Positions 43,061-57,015 are shown, counted from the stretch's first letter. The stretch: 64,000 nucleotides of DNA from Octopus vulgaris (GCA_951406725.2 OX597828.1:35030001-35094000), one strand, 5' to 3'. The notes: generated from the sequence alone by a model not told the origin. Numbers and translations are program-made.

Positions 43061-43258
43061 CACACACACACACACTCACACACACACACACACACACTCA
43101 CACACACTCACACACACACGTACGTACTTATTTAAGTATGTATAACCACAAAAGTAGGCGGTATAAAAGGTGAACTTGCATTTATTTAGTTATTTGGATT
43201 GCTAGCCGAGTCCGTAAGAAGAGCTTTCTATGGTTCTGCGAACTCACATGTTATAATA

Positions 43259-43307
<49 letters not shown>

Positions 43308-43349
43308 TAGTATAACATGTGAGTTCGCATGACCATTCCGAAATATAAC

Positions 43350-43380
<31 letters not shown>

Positions 43381-43543
43381 GTACATACATACATACATAC
43401 ATACATACATACATACATACATACATACATACATACATACATACATACATACACACACACAGACACACACACGCACACACATACATATATATATAGTCTG
43501 AATAACACCTTATAGCTTCATTGGAGACTCGAATATGAAGTGA

Positions 43544-43623
43544 GGCTCTGATGAGGCTATAAGGTGTTACTCAGGCACTCAACTATGGGTTCACTGCATC
43601 TAAAGCAGAAACAGCTGTAAGCT
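43544..43623 (+). ncRNA. Hammerhead-like motif with long loop II
   Basis: GGCU-CUGAUGA-G-GCU...AGC-A-GAAA-CAGCUG-UA-AGCU; palindromic stem III ACAGCUGU, GUA triplet. Confidence 0.6.
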
Positions 43624-44144
43624 AATGGAGTTCATAAGATAATCATTTATTCCTTTTGTTATCTCACTTTCTTTCACACACTCACACACACACGCACACA
43701 CACACATATATATATAACATAATATGTCATAATATATCTGTTTGATCAGGGCTGGAGTTAAACAACTATATCAATAGCTCCAAAATCGTGATTTCGTTTT
43801 CTCTTTCCGTTTACAAATCACGGGGCCCTGCAAAAGATCCCCGTCGCTATTTTTTCCCTGTGTTGGTAAGCCATACAAAATAATCTCCGACATGCAGACA
43901 GTGCCTTACAAACTTGGTTACCGTGATTTCCTATCCGTCCATAGGATTTCCCTATCTTTGCGTACAACATCAGTAATTCTGGCATATCGATATTTCGTTT
44001 TTATCATCCCTCCTCTTCTATACCCTGCTCTACATTTTTGATATTTATGATTATGAAAATTACTGCTGAGTGTAGCCAGCAAAAGAACAATCTGGCACAA
44101 TCATGACGCGACAGACTTAATGAAGAAACTTCCAGGCTGAATCG

Positions 44145-44248
44145 TATTGGAGAAGGATGAAAGGCAAAGTTAATCCCGGTGGAATTTGAACTCAGAAAAC
44201 TAGACATTTTGCCTGGCGTGCTAACGATTCTGCCAGCTCGTCGCCTGT
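44145..44248 (-). mobile_element. SINE A fragment
   Basis: aaggatgaaaggcaaagt...ggaatttgaactcagaa...gctaacgattctgccagctcg. Confidence 0.75.
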
Positions 44249-44873
44249 AACTAGAAATCAATATTGAGAAATAAATTAAAACATTGAAAGAAACACAGAG
44301 AAAATTAAAGAGAATTAAACAAGAAGTAAAACATAAAACAAAAATATCTCAACCCAATTTCTATAAAATTTAACGCCATCTGTGCAACGTTGTTCCTTAC
44401 TTCCTTCCTTCACAACTAATTCTGTGATGAGTGCAAAACCATATTTCTTTTCCTTTTGCCTTCGTGTTAGAAAGCAATGTGTCCAATGATTGATTTTTAT
44501 CCAATATAGAACTCTTGACAACCAAAAATAGAAGTTTATTCATTACGAGATATTGTAAACTCGGACATTTTCAACCCTCGTTCATTTATATCGCTCCATT
44601 TTTTCATAAATGAATATAGCGTACATATTGCGAGACTTCTATGTAATTTTTTCTTTCCTTTCTTTCCTCGACCACATCTCGCGGTTTGTATCTTACAAAT
44701 TGACGTCTGCCACCTCACCCATTTTATTCTATGCAAGTTTTATTTTCACATTCTCCACCCTACCACCTTTCTTTCGTTTACTCTTGATGTTCTTCCACTC
44801 TGGCCTCCATTTTCTCTGTCACTCTCTCACTGCCAATCTGCCTCCCTCTCTCTCGATCTATCTATATCCATCC

Positions 44874-44978
<105 letters not shown>

Positions 44979-45235
44979 CCTATCTATCTATTTATTTATT
45001 TATTGGCTTTACTGCTGTACAAATTCACTTATATTTCGCGCGCGCACACAAACACAGCTAGAGAGAGAGAGAGAGAGAAAGAGAGAGGGAGAATATAGAA
45101 TAAAAACAAATAAACGGGTCATAGAAAACAAACGAAAATACAAATAGATAGATACATACATACATACATACATACATACATACATACATACATACAAACA
45201 TACATATATCTATTTGTGTGCGTGCGTGTGTGTGA

Positions 45236-45279
<44 letters not shown>

Positions 45280-45280
45280 G

Positions 45281-45312
<32 letters not shown>

Positions 45313-45409
45313 TGTACAAACAAATTAAAGTAAAATTGAATGGGCAAAACGTCTGTCATCATTTGAAAAACACATTTAACTTAGACAGACAATGTAAATA
45401 TACAAAGTT

Positions 45410-45502
45410 TCTAACAGGTGTTTTCAGAATAGCCAAGAATGTTAATCGTGATATTCAGTAAGGATTCCATATGCTGAGAACTCCGAACTCCGTCATCAGA
45501 GA
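45410..45502 (-). ncRNA. Degenerate hammerhead-like motif with long loop II
   Basis: UCU-CUGAUGA-CGGA...UUCU-GAAAACACCUGUU-AGA. Confidence 0.35.
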
Positions 45503-45655
45503 GGGAGAAATCAGAGAGATGTAATAATGAGGGAATTATCCCCAGTCGGAGATATTAGTATATTGCAGCTTGTCGAGAATGGGGGAAGGATCAAAGTAAA
45601 AGAGGTATGCGTTACGTAGCGCCATGATCGAATGAATAACGCAGTTATAGGTAAT

Positions 45656-45814
45656 TATTTACATTATTTACATTAGACGGATATTTGTCCTCATCTTGTT
45701 TGTTGTTAACACAACGTTTTGGCTGATATACCCTCCAGGCTTCATCGGGTGTGTTGGGGAAATTTCGAACATTGGTTCTCATTCCTAAGGTAATTTTCGA
45801 TATTGCTATTATTA

Positions 45815-45887
<73 letters not shown>

Positions 45888-45890
45888 TAT

Positions 45891-45923
<33 letters not shown>

Positions 45924-45964
45924 TATTATTATTACTATTATTATTATTATTATTATTATTACTA

Positions 45965-45995
<31 letters not shown>

Positions 45996-46093
45996 TATTA
46001 TTATTATTATTATTATTCAGGTCACAGCCTGGAATCGAACTCGGAATCTTGGGGTTAGAAGCCAGCGCTCTTAACCACTACGCCATATTCCTG
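45656..46093 (-). mobile_element. SINE family H: tRNA-Arg(TCT)-like head + (AAT)n + hammerhead-like tail, 13-bp TSD
   Basis: Head TGGCGTAGTGG (A box), CT-TCT-AA loop, GAGTTCGATTCC (B box) at 46017-46092; TSD agttataggtaat at 45643-45655 and 46094-46106; hammerhead-like motif at 45709-45752. Confidence 0.85.
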
Positions 46094-46380
46094 AGTTATA
46101 GGTAATGCCCATCAGCAGCTTCAAATGAGAATATTCAATAATTCATGGCAAGGAATTGTGGATATTACCAGTTCCAATTTCGAACAGAGAAACCTGGTCA
46201 CTTCTGGCCGCCTCTGATAGACAATCTAACAATAACGCTTTCAGTTGTAGTTTAAACCGGAATTTTGGCGGCAAACCAAACTGAACGCTCATAGAACCTG
46301 CTTATTGTTTTACGTCAGTTGACAAAAACGCCTTATGTATTCTGCTTGTATGTATGTATGTATGTATGTATGTATGTATA

Positions 46381-46781
46381 CTCTTTTACTCTTTTACTTG
46401 TTTCAGTCATTTGACTGCGGCCATGCTGGAGCACCGCCTTTAGTCGAGCAAATGGACCCCGGGACTTATTCATTGTAAGCCCAGTACTTATTCTATCGGT
46501 CTCTTTTGCCGAACCGCTAGGTGACGGGGACGTAAACACACCAGCATCGGTTGTCAAGCAATGCTAGGGGGACAAACACAGACACACAAACATACACATA
46601 CATATATATACATATATACGACAGGCTTCTTTCAGTTTCCGTCTACTAAACCCACTCAAAGGCATTGGTCGGCCCGAGGCTATAGCAGAAGACACTTGCC
46701 CAAGATGTCACGCAGTGGGACTGAACCCGGAACCATGTGGCTGGTAAGCAAGCTACTTAAAACACAGCCACTCCTGCGCCT
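46381..46781 (-). mobile_element. Near-intact SINE B inserted in (TATG)n
   Basis: Full head to tail; (TATG)n on both flanks. Confidence 0.92.
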
Positions 46782-47437
46782 GTATGTATGTATGTATGTA
46801 TGTATGTATGTATGTATGCATGCATGTATGTATGTATGTATGTATGTATCCATGTATGTATGTTTGTATGTATGTATGTATGTATGTATGTATGTATGTA
46901 TGTATCCATGTATGTATGTATGCATGTATGCATGTATGTATGTGTGTATGTATGTATGTATGTATGTATGCATGTATGTATGTATGTATGTATGTATGTA
47001 TGTATGTATGTATGTGTGTGTATGTATGTATGCATGTATGTATGTATGTATGTGTGTGTGTGTGTATGTATGTATGTGTGTGTGTATGTATGTATGTATG
47101 TATGTATGTATGTATGTGTGTATGTATGTGTATGTATGTATGTATGTATGTATGTATGTATGTATGTGTGTGTATGTATGTATGTATGTGTGTGTGTATG
47201 TATGTATGTATGTGTGTATGTATGTATGTATGTGTGTGTGTATGTATGTATGTATGTGTGTGTGTGTATGTATGTATGTATGTATGTGTGTGTATGTATG
47301 TATGTATGTATGTATGTATGTATGTATGTGTGTGTGTGTATGTATGTATGTGTGTGTGTGTATGTATGTATGTATGTATGTATGTATGTATGTATGTGTG
47401 TATGTATGTATGTATGCATGTATGTATGTGTGTGTAT
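46782..47437. repeat. Long (TATG)n/(TG)n microsatellite
   Basis: Direct inspection; source of the longest ORFs. Confidence 0.97.
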
Positions 47438-47657
47438 GCATTGAAGGGGCCTGGTAGGAGAGAAAGGTTGTAAATTTAATCAACAACAAACAAACAAAAA
47501 AAAACACGCTCTCAATATTAATTTAATGGATCATTTTGTTTGTTTCGTTTAAATAATTTTTTTAATGAAATAAACAAGCTTTTTACAAGAGTGGAATCCA
47601 TTAAATGAATGTGTACGTATGCGCATGTGCGTGTCTCCGCTTGTTAGTGTGTACGTT

Positions 47658-47708
<51 letters not shown>

Positions 47709-47823
47709 ATGTATATGTATATATATATATATATCCATATATATATATATACATACAAATATATATACGTATACGAACACACACATATATATATATATAC
47801 ATACAAACATATATATATACTTG

Positions 47824-47879
<56 letters not shown>

Positions 47880-48007
47880 GCGCGCACAAGCATACATATG
47901 CATAAATGTATATAAACATACATATATACATGCATACATACACATGCACACACATATATATAGAGATACATATGTATATATATATATATACATCCAAATA
48001 TATATAT

Positions 48008-48070
<63 letters not shown>

Positions 48071-48667
48071 CGCACATATATATATATATGCATATATGTA
48101 TATACACATATTTACAGACATACATACGTGTCGTGTGTGTGTGTGTGTGAGTCCTTTTCTCTCTAATGCACTCCTACACAAATTCACACGCTAAGATATA
48201 TATTCAGAAAAAATGCACACGCCACACGCGCGCGCGCGCGCGGGGGGGCACTCACTTTGTGCAGCAGGATGCATAAAGTAAACCGAGCGACCTTAAGGTG
48301 TGAAAATAGCTTCCCAACTCAACTATTATTATTCATTTAGTTTTCATTTCTTTTTATTTTATAAGAAAGCTGAAGAACTATTCCCCGTAAACATAAATTG
48401 ATGTAACTCCAAGAATTAAAGTAAAACTGTTGTTTCTTTCTAGAACAACAAAGCATTAACAAAAACAACTGCAACGACAAAAAAAAAACAACAACAATAA
48501 CAACAATAACAACAGCAGCAGCAGCAACAGAATGAAAGTAACTTTTGTTTTTCCTCGGCCACCTTCTAATTGCAGTCAAATCATCTAAAATTTCAACTCA
48601 CGTTTTAACCCTTAAATTGTGGAATTAAATGTCATGGTTACTCCAGTAATTACGTTAAATATAAACC

Positions 48668-49162
<495 letters not shown>

Positions 49163-49164
<2 letters not shown>

Positions 49165-49540
49165 GAGAGAAATACTGTCAGATCAGTGGTGTAGCCATAC
49201 CAAATGACGTGAATGTTGTGGGTAAAAGAGGTTGAAAAAAATCACCAAGTACTTCGAATTGAAAATGGAAATGGCAAGACTGTATGGAATGCGAGAGGGT
49301 AATGTAAAAGTGATACCAGTGGTGATCGGAGCGTTGGGCTCAATCCCATTGAAACTTCAAAGCTTCTTAAGGCAACTGGAAATCCCATACAAGATTGATG
49401 TCTTGCAAAAAGCAGCTTCATAGGGCACAGCGCACATCTTAAGGAAAGTATTATCTGGCTGAGGTCCTTGTTGTGACTTGGCAGATCACTAAAGACTCCG
49501 GTGCAATTTTACCTACACTGTGTTACCAATGAAAAATAAT
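49163..49540 (+). mobile_element. 5'-truncated R4/Dong-type non-LTR retrotransposon (RLE C-terminus plus 3' UTR)
   Basis: VAIPNDVNV..KEVEKITKY.EL..E..RLY...VKVIPVVIGALGSIP...LQKAAS*GTAHILRKVL; one frameshift and one stop; abuts (AAT)n. Confidence 0.88.
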
Positions 49541-49884
49541 AGAATTTGTATTTTCTACCAGTCACGTTGCCTCAATAAGCTTCACATATCTTAACAGAAA
49601 ATTGTTTCAAGCATAATATTCTTCAACAAAAAATAGAATGGTATAAAACAACTGCTTTCTACAGTTAAGGCTAATGAAAATTTGATGGAAATATCTGATT
49701 TCCGCAGTAAATGGGTGTTAAAAGTTGGGGCTTAGTATTGTTTAGTCAGGAGCGAAAAGGGTTTTACGGGGTATATAAAGGAGTTGGGTTGAGTTGATCA
49801 GCCACTACATGGGTTCAGAACTCACGAGAGACGAGGAACAGACAAATATTGGACAGGCACCTCCCTTAAAAAGCAAAAGCCTGA

Positions 49885-50163
49885 AAGCTCCTATGTGCTT
49901 TGAAAGGACGTAAGCAAACCAACACCGTTGTAAATATTGATGGAGGAAAACACTCATGAACACAATGTCACCAACACGCGCGCGCGCGCAAACACACACA
50001 TATACAAATATGGCGGGCTTCCGCACGGTTTCTGTCTACCAAATCCACTTACACGGTGTTGGTCAGCCCGGGGCTATAGAAGAAGACACTTGTCCCAAGG
50101 TACTGCGAGATGGAACTGAACCCGGAGCCATGTGGTTGGAAAGTGAACTACATAGCCATGACT
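49885..50163 (-). mobile_element. Degenerate SINE B
   Basis: gtctaccaaatccact...gctatagaagaagacacttgtcccaagg...actgaacccggagccatgtggttgg. Confidence 0.8.
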
Positions 50164-50330
50164 GCAAACAATAAATAAATAAAATAGAATAGACGGGATG
50201 GTCATGGATGGGTTGCCTTTGATCATTGTTATACACTTTTAGAAATGACCTGGGGTTAAACGACATGAACACAAGAATCTGTAAGTACAACGGGGAAGAG
50301 GAACATTAGGGACAATAAACAACCAGAAAC

Positions 50331-50498
50331 GGCTGTGTGGTAAGAAGTTTGCTTCCCAACCACATGGTTCGGGGTTCAGTCCCACTGCGTGACATCTTGG
50401 GCAAGTGTATTCTACTATAGCCTTGGGCCGACCAAAGCCTTGTGAGTGCATTTGGTAGACGGAAACAGAAAGAAGTCCGTCGTATATATATCTATATC

Positions 50499-50575
<77 letters not shown>

Positions 50576-50820
50576 ATATATATGTATGAATGTTTGTTGT
50601 TTGTGTCTGTCTTTGTCTCCCCAACATCGCTTGAAAACCGATGTTGGTGTGTTTACGTCTCCATCACTTAGCGGTTCGGCAAAAGAGACCTATAGAATAA
50701 GTACTAAGCTTACAAAGAATAAGTCTTGGGGTCGTTTTATTCGACTGAAGGTGGTACTCCAGCATGGCCGCAGTCAAATGGCTGAAACAAGTAAAAAGAA
50801 AAAAAAAAGAATAAAAGAAT
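50331..50820 (+). mobile_element. SINE B
   Basis: Colinear with the other B copies. Confidence 0.9.
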
Positions 50821-51063
50821 AACCAACAAGATCAACAAGAACAAGGATAAAAACAACAACAACAACAACAACTGGACCGACTACAACGCTTCTAACGAGA
50901 ACAGCAACAAGAAAGGAAGAGTAATGCATAATGAGTAATGAATAATGTCAACGGCAGTTTCAACAGCAACAAACAAAACAAACAACAATATTGATAAATA
51001 GTAATAACGATATATGTACACACACACACACACACACTCACACACATACACACACACACACAA

Positions 51064-51114
<51 letters not shown>

Positions 51115-51624
51115 GAGGGGGGGAGAGACTCATTCCTTTCGCACGGAAAGAAATACACGTGTGAACATAAAATAGGTACGAGCATACCCACACACATACA
51201 TGCACACTCACATACACACATATACACATATACATGCATGCATACACACATACATTCATATATATGTTCATAAATGCGTGCATACGTACGTATACACAAA
51301 CATACACGCATACATACATACATACATACATACATACATACATACATACATACATACATACATGCATACATGCATACATAGATAAATACATACATACATA
51401 CATACATACATACATACATACATACATACATACATACATACATACATAGATAAATACATACATACATACATACATACATACATACATACATACATACATA
51501 CATACATACATACATACATACATAGATAAATACATACATACATACATACATGCGTTCATACATACATAATACATACATACATGCATACATACATACGTTC
51601 GTGATACATACATACACCCATACA

Positions 51625-51655
<31 letters not shown>

Positions 51656-52456
51656 GTGTGTGTGTATGTATATATTTAGACTAACATACATGTTACGCGC
51701 GCACAGGTACGCGCGCACACACATACACACACACACACACATACACACACACACGCACACTCACGTACGTACACGCACGTACACAATGCAGAAACAATAA
51801 AAAAAAAAAAAGAAATTAAAAGAAAAAAAACAAAAACAGGCAACAAACATTCAGTGACAATCAGAAATTTGAATTAAACCCAAATTAATGGTACCGTGAT
51901 GGTTTTCAATAGAAATGGTACAATAACCATTCTATAAGTAAACATGTTTAATCACAGACAAAGACACGTCACAGGTCTATTCAGAGTGCTAATGTATGGA
52001 GAACAACATCGCAGAACCCACCCCCGCCGCCACATTCAACCATTCACAAGGTTCCGTGTTTACAACGCGTACCCAACATGTAACAAGGTGAAAGAACGAA
52101 AAAATGTGTTCGACATGAATCGGTGTTTATGTGTGTGTGTGTTTGTGTTTGTATGTTTGTGTGTGTGTGTGCGTTTGTATGCGTGCTTATGTGTGTGTAT
52201 GGGGGGTGAAGCATGTACACAGGTATATACACACACACACATATATATATATACACACATGTATATATGAATATATATATATATACATATATAGCTGTGT
52301 ATATATATATATATATATACGCACACACATATATATGAATATATGCATAAACATTTGTATAAGTCTGAGTGTATATGTGTGTATACACACACACACATAT
52401 ACAAAGAGAGGGGGTGAGAGAGAGAGAGAGAGAGAGCGACAGACAAACAGACAGAC

Positions 52457-52496
<40 letters not shown>

Positions 52497-52573
52497 TATG
52501 TGTACATATCTATAAAAAAATTTATATGTGTACATATATATATACATGCTTATGTGTATGTGTGTATGTATGC

Positions 52574-52608
<35 letters not shown>

Positions 52609-52942
52609 TGCGTGTCTGCGTATTTGTATATGTATATAATACTAATTTTAGTGTCTGTATCGTGAATTTCCAGAAGCGAAAGAGCGTCAGACAAAATGTC
52701 AAAATGCTTTGCGGTATTTCTTTATAACCATTTACACTCTGAGTTCAAATTCTACCGAAATTTGTTTTGTCGTTCACCTTCAAAATGTCAAGGCTTCGTG
52801 GCTATGTCAGCAATGGATGACTTGTATAATAAAACATGTTATGTAATGAATTAATTGGATCGTGAATGGTAACCGATCGATCGACCGAACGATTAATCAA
52901 ACGATCGATGAGTTAATTGGTTAAATGTACATCGATCTGCTA

Positions 52943-53150
52943 ATGATAGTAAAAGATGTGAAATAGGATGTGTGTGTACGTGTGTGTGTGTGTGTCCTTA
53001 TTACTGGTATAATGATACTCCCGAGATAAATTCTGCTTCAACACACAGGGTCATCATGATAGTAAAAAAGTGAAATTGAATCGGTGCGTGTGTTTATTAC
53101 TGGTATAATGACCCTCCCGAGATAAATTCTGTTTCAACACACAGGGTCAT
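52943..53150 (+). repeat. Two tandem ~100-bp units carrying the PLE-associated structured motif
   Basis: atgatagtaaaa...ttattactggtataatga...ctcccgagataaattctg.ttcaacacacagggtcat occurs twice. Confidence 0.85.
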
Positions 53151-53349
53151 ATCAAGAATTTTCCAAAGACCAAATAATATAATAGAACAGTCTGATCGCC
53201 TATATTATCATATAACACCGCGGCTTACGTACGTACATACATACATACATACATACATACATACATACATACATACATACATACATACATACATACATGC
53301 ATGCATGCATACATACATACATACATACATACATACATACATACATACA

Positions 53350-53382
<33 letters not shown>

Positions 53383-53651
53383 GAGTGCGTTACGTATGTA
53401 TTGGTGACATAATAAATGCTAGCCTCCAGCCAGCTAAGGAATATCTATATACAGAATCCTCGATAGCGCCATATCGGTGATCAATTTCATTACTGATTGA
53501 ACTTACGACATCTGTTTAAGTTATATTTACTATTTGTGCATAAATTATAATATATTTACTATATATGTATAAATTATAATATATCTAATATATGTATGTA
53601 ACTTACGTTTATTTTGAAATGATGTCTTGTCTGTTTATATTACAATGAAAT

Positions 53652-53682
53652 ATTTTCATTTTCTTTTTATTTGCAGGTAAGT
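53652..53682 (+). promoter_or_regulatory. Candidate recursive splice site (juxtaposed 3'ss/5'ss)
   Basis: attttcattttctttttatttgcAG|GTAAGT: long pyrimidine tract, CAG and a perfect donor. Confidence 0.5.
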
Positions 53683-54072
53683 CATTGCATTCCTGATAAC
53701 CATTTCTCCACTTCCGGCTCTTGGTCACCAATTCTTAATTATTATTTTCTTGAAGAAGCCTTTTGAGGTGAGAATTTTCATCGAATTCTTTATATCACTC
53801 TTCTAGCAGTTTTAATTCTTCTCGGTCTTCGTTTTTGTTATTGCTGTTGATGATGACGCCTGTTTAGCGCCAGGTCAGCTCTGCTCCAGTAGATTTGTGA
53901 TTAAGGGTGCTTCAGATTTGTGATTAAAGGCGTCTCATTCTATATCACAGACCACATTGTTTGATGTCTCCTTTATTAAAGCCGGTAATATGAATGATTT
54001 GTAGAAGATTGGTGAGTGTTTCTAACACGAATTATAGGACAGAAAACTCCCTTAACAGTATCCGTACATTGA

Positions 54073-54520
54073 TTTAAAATTTCTGCACAAGGCCAGAAAT
54101 TTCGAGGGAAGAGATAAATCGATTACATCAACCCCAGTGCTTAACTGGTACTTATTTAATCGACCCCAAAATGAATGAAAGCAAAGTTGACCACAGCAGC
54201 ATTTACACTCAGAACGTAAAGACGCAGGAAATACCTATTTCTTTACTACCCACAAGGGGCTAAACACAGAAGGGACAAACAAGGACAGACACACGGATTA
54301 AGTCGATTATATCGACCCCAGTGCGTAACTGGTACTTATTTAATCGACCCCGAAAGGATGAAAGGCAAAGTTGACCTCGGCGGAATTTGATCTCTGAACG
54401 TTACGACAGACGAAATACCACTAAGCATTTCGCCCGGAGTGCTAACGCTTCTGCCAGCTCGCCGCACGAATTACCGCTAAGCAATTTGCTCACAGGCTAA
54501 CGATTCCGCCAGCTCGCTGC
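54073..54520 (-). mobile_element. SINE A2 containing a nested full-length A1 (54236-54465)
   Basis: Two heads in series; imperfect TSD gcaggaaatacc at 54224-54235 and gcacgaattacc at 54464-54475. Confidence 0.88.
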
Positions 54521-54816
54521 TTTCACAGCATCCTTATATTATCACAGAAGTAAACCAGGTTTACTTCGTATTAGTCTTCGGTGATTGGAGATTCGTGACA
54601 ATTTCCAAATAATATTCGCATAAACGTCACATTCAGGACGTAATTAGTTAGCAAAGGAATTCTGAACCGATTTTATGAATGTGGGTCATTGAGCTTGATG
54701 TGTGCGTGAGTGTTTGAGTGAGCACAGGCTATTGGCTCAATTTAAATGCGTCACTTAAAATATTTTTGTCTTGATTAAACAATCGTTAATCCTGTCCGAT
54801 TGTACACTATAACTCC

Positions 54817-54855
<39 letters not shown>

Positions 54856-55132
54856 CTCGTAATCCAGGTTTCTCGTAGCACTAGGCCACTTGGTGTGGAA
54901 TAAATATACTATTAAATTAGTATCTAATTCTCTCACCCTTATTAATTAATTATATATATATATATATATTTATATACATATACATACATTTTGGCTGCCC
55001 CCTCGTTATCGAGCATGGCCATTGCACGAAGCTTAACTGTTACTGGTGCTGTGATCGAATGTGACGTTTTAGCCCAGAATTGTACAGAATTGGCAACTAA
55101 AACCTTTACATACATACATACATACATACATA

Positions 55133-55341
55133 TTCTTTTACTCTTTTACCTGTTTCAGTCATTTGACTGCGGCCATGCTGAAGCACCACCTTTAGTCGAG
55201 CAAATCGACCACAGGACTTATTCTTTGTAAACCTAGTACTTATTCTATCGGCCTCTTTTGCCGAACCGCTAAGTTACGGGGACGTAAACACATCAGCATC
55301 GGTTGTCAAGGGATGTTGGGGGGACAGAGAGAGAGAGAGAG

Positions 55342-55385
<44 letters not shown>

Positions 55386-55523
55386 TCGACGGGCTTCTTT
55401 CAGTTTCCGTCTACCAAATCCACTCACAAGGTATAGTAGAAGACACTTGCCCAAGTGGCCACGCAGTGGCGCTGAACCCGGAACCCTGTGGTTGGTAAGC
55501 AGGCTACTTACCACACAGCCACA
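55133..55523 (-). mobile_element. SINE B
   Basis: Colinear; flanked by (TACA)n-like sequence. Confidence 0.9.
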
Positions 55524-56494
55524 TACAAGCATATACTTAACATCGGCATATGGATATTTATGTATATATCTGTACTTACAAATCATTCATTTTTACATTC
55601 ATACATACACTTATACATACATACATACATACATACATACATACATACATACATACATACATACATACATACATACATACATACATACATACATACATAC
55701 ATACATACATACATACATACACTTATACATACATACATACATACACTTATACATACATACATGCATACTTTCATGCATGCGTACACCATGACATGACCTA
55801 TACAGAAGCGTAGTTTAAAATCCTTAATTAACGCAATTATAACAGATCATCATTAGAATACGTATCAAAATAAAAATAACAAGCAAAACAGCAATACAAA
55901 TACGTAAGAATTGGCGGGAAACTTCGTGTTTGTTAATATGGCGGCATTGAAACGAAAATATTGTGAATTCGAAGCGCAACTTAATTAAAATGCCCGTCAG
56001 GGTGTGGAGTCTGACAATATAATGTGTGTAGCAAAAGAAATATCATTTCTGCTTGATAATGTTGACTCTAGTAATAAACGCTATATCGTCTTGCAATTCA
56101 GCTTCGCTGGCGTTTCCATGGAACGCTGCGCTGATTATTCCAAAAACACTTCGCTGAACACACGAGGAGGAATGAAATGAAATGAAATGAAATGAAATGA
56201 AATGAAGAAAAAAAAAAAGCAAAAGAAAGAAAGAAAGAAAGAAAGGGTAAAAAGAGAAGGGCACAACATGGCTACTTTCCGGCAAAGCAGATATGATGGG
56301 AGTGTTTTTACGATTTTTTGTTTTTTTGTTGGTTGTTTTAGAAGCTGGGATACTGAGAGTGGGGTGCGGCGGGGTGGGGTGGGGTGGAGGGAGTGCAATA
56401 CGATCTAGGAATAGGATGTTTCTTCGGGAAATGCGTTTTTGGGTATAGAAAAGGTCACCAAAGATCCTTAGCAGAAGCAGCAGCAACAGTAGCA

Positions 56495-56546
<52 letters not shown>

Positions 56547-56563
56547 GCAGTTGCAGCAGCAGC

Positions 56564-56595
<32 letters not shown>

Positions 56596-56794
56596 CAGCA
56601 GCAGTAGTAGTAGTAGTAGTAGTAGCAGCAGTAGCAGTAGCAGCAGCGGGGGCGGCGACGGTAGCAGCAGCAGCAGCAGTAGTAGTAGTAGTGTGGAATT
56701 GATGTTGATAGTAGTTTTAGTGTTGGTAGAAGCGGTGGCGCTAGTGGTGATGGGAGCGGGCGTGGTGGTTGTTGTGGCATTACATTCGTGTTAT

Positions 56795-57015
56795 TTAACC
56801 CCAGGTCATCCCTGATTGAGGTGATCGAGGTTAACCTGACGTTAAATAACACCAATGTACTCAAAGGATTTCCAACCGTGACCATCTAGTTTTTTCCCTA
56901 TATGATCAGAATCCACTACGACATTATTCAAATATTTCTTCATCTAAGAAGGTCGAATATGATTTGAGTTAAATTTGTCTTCTATTTCTAGCAGTTTGAG
57001 CGGTCACATACAAAT
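56795..57015 (-). mobile_element. Family G repeat
   Basis: aaccccaggtcatccctgattgag...ttccaaccgtgaccatc...ctatttctagcagtttgagcggtcacat. Confidence 0.65.

Noticed and set aside
46017-46092. tRNA-Arg(TCT) gene
   Set aside because: Acceptor and anticodon stems pair poorly, and it lies inside a TSD-bounded repeat; treated as a SINE head. The same applies to the heads at 5603, 22665 and 36591.
46561-47507. Longest ORFs (220-298 aa) and similar MYVC, IYIY, poly-I, poly-V and poly-S ORFs throughout
   Set aside because: Translations of stop-free microsatellites and SINE sequence; no protein-like complexity.
52943-53150. CRISPR-like or snoRNA-like repeat
   Set aside because: Only two units, no unique spacers, eukaryotic context, and no convincing C/D or H/ACA boxes.
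55911-56124. E2F-, YY1- and RFX-like motifs suggesting a promoter
   Set aside because: Short motifs with no associated exon or other support.
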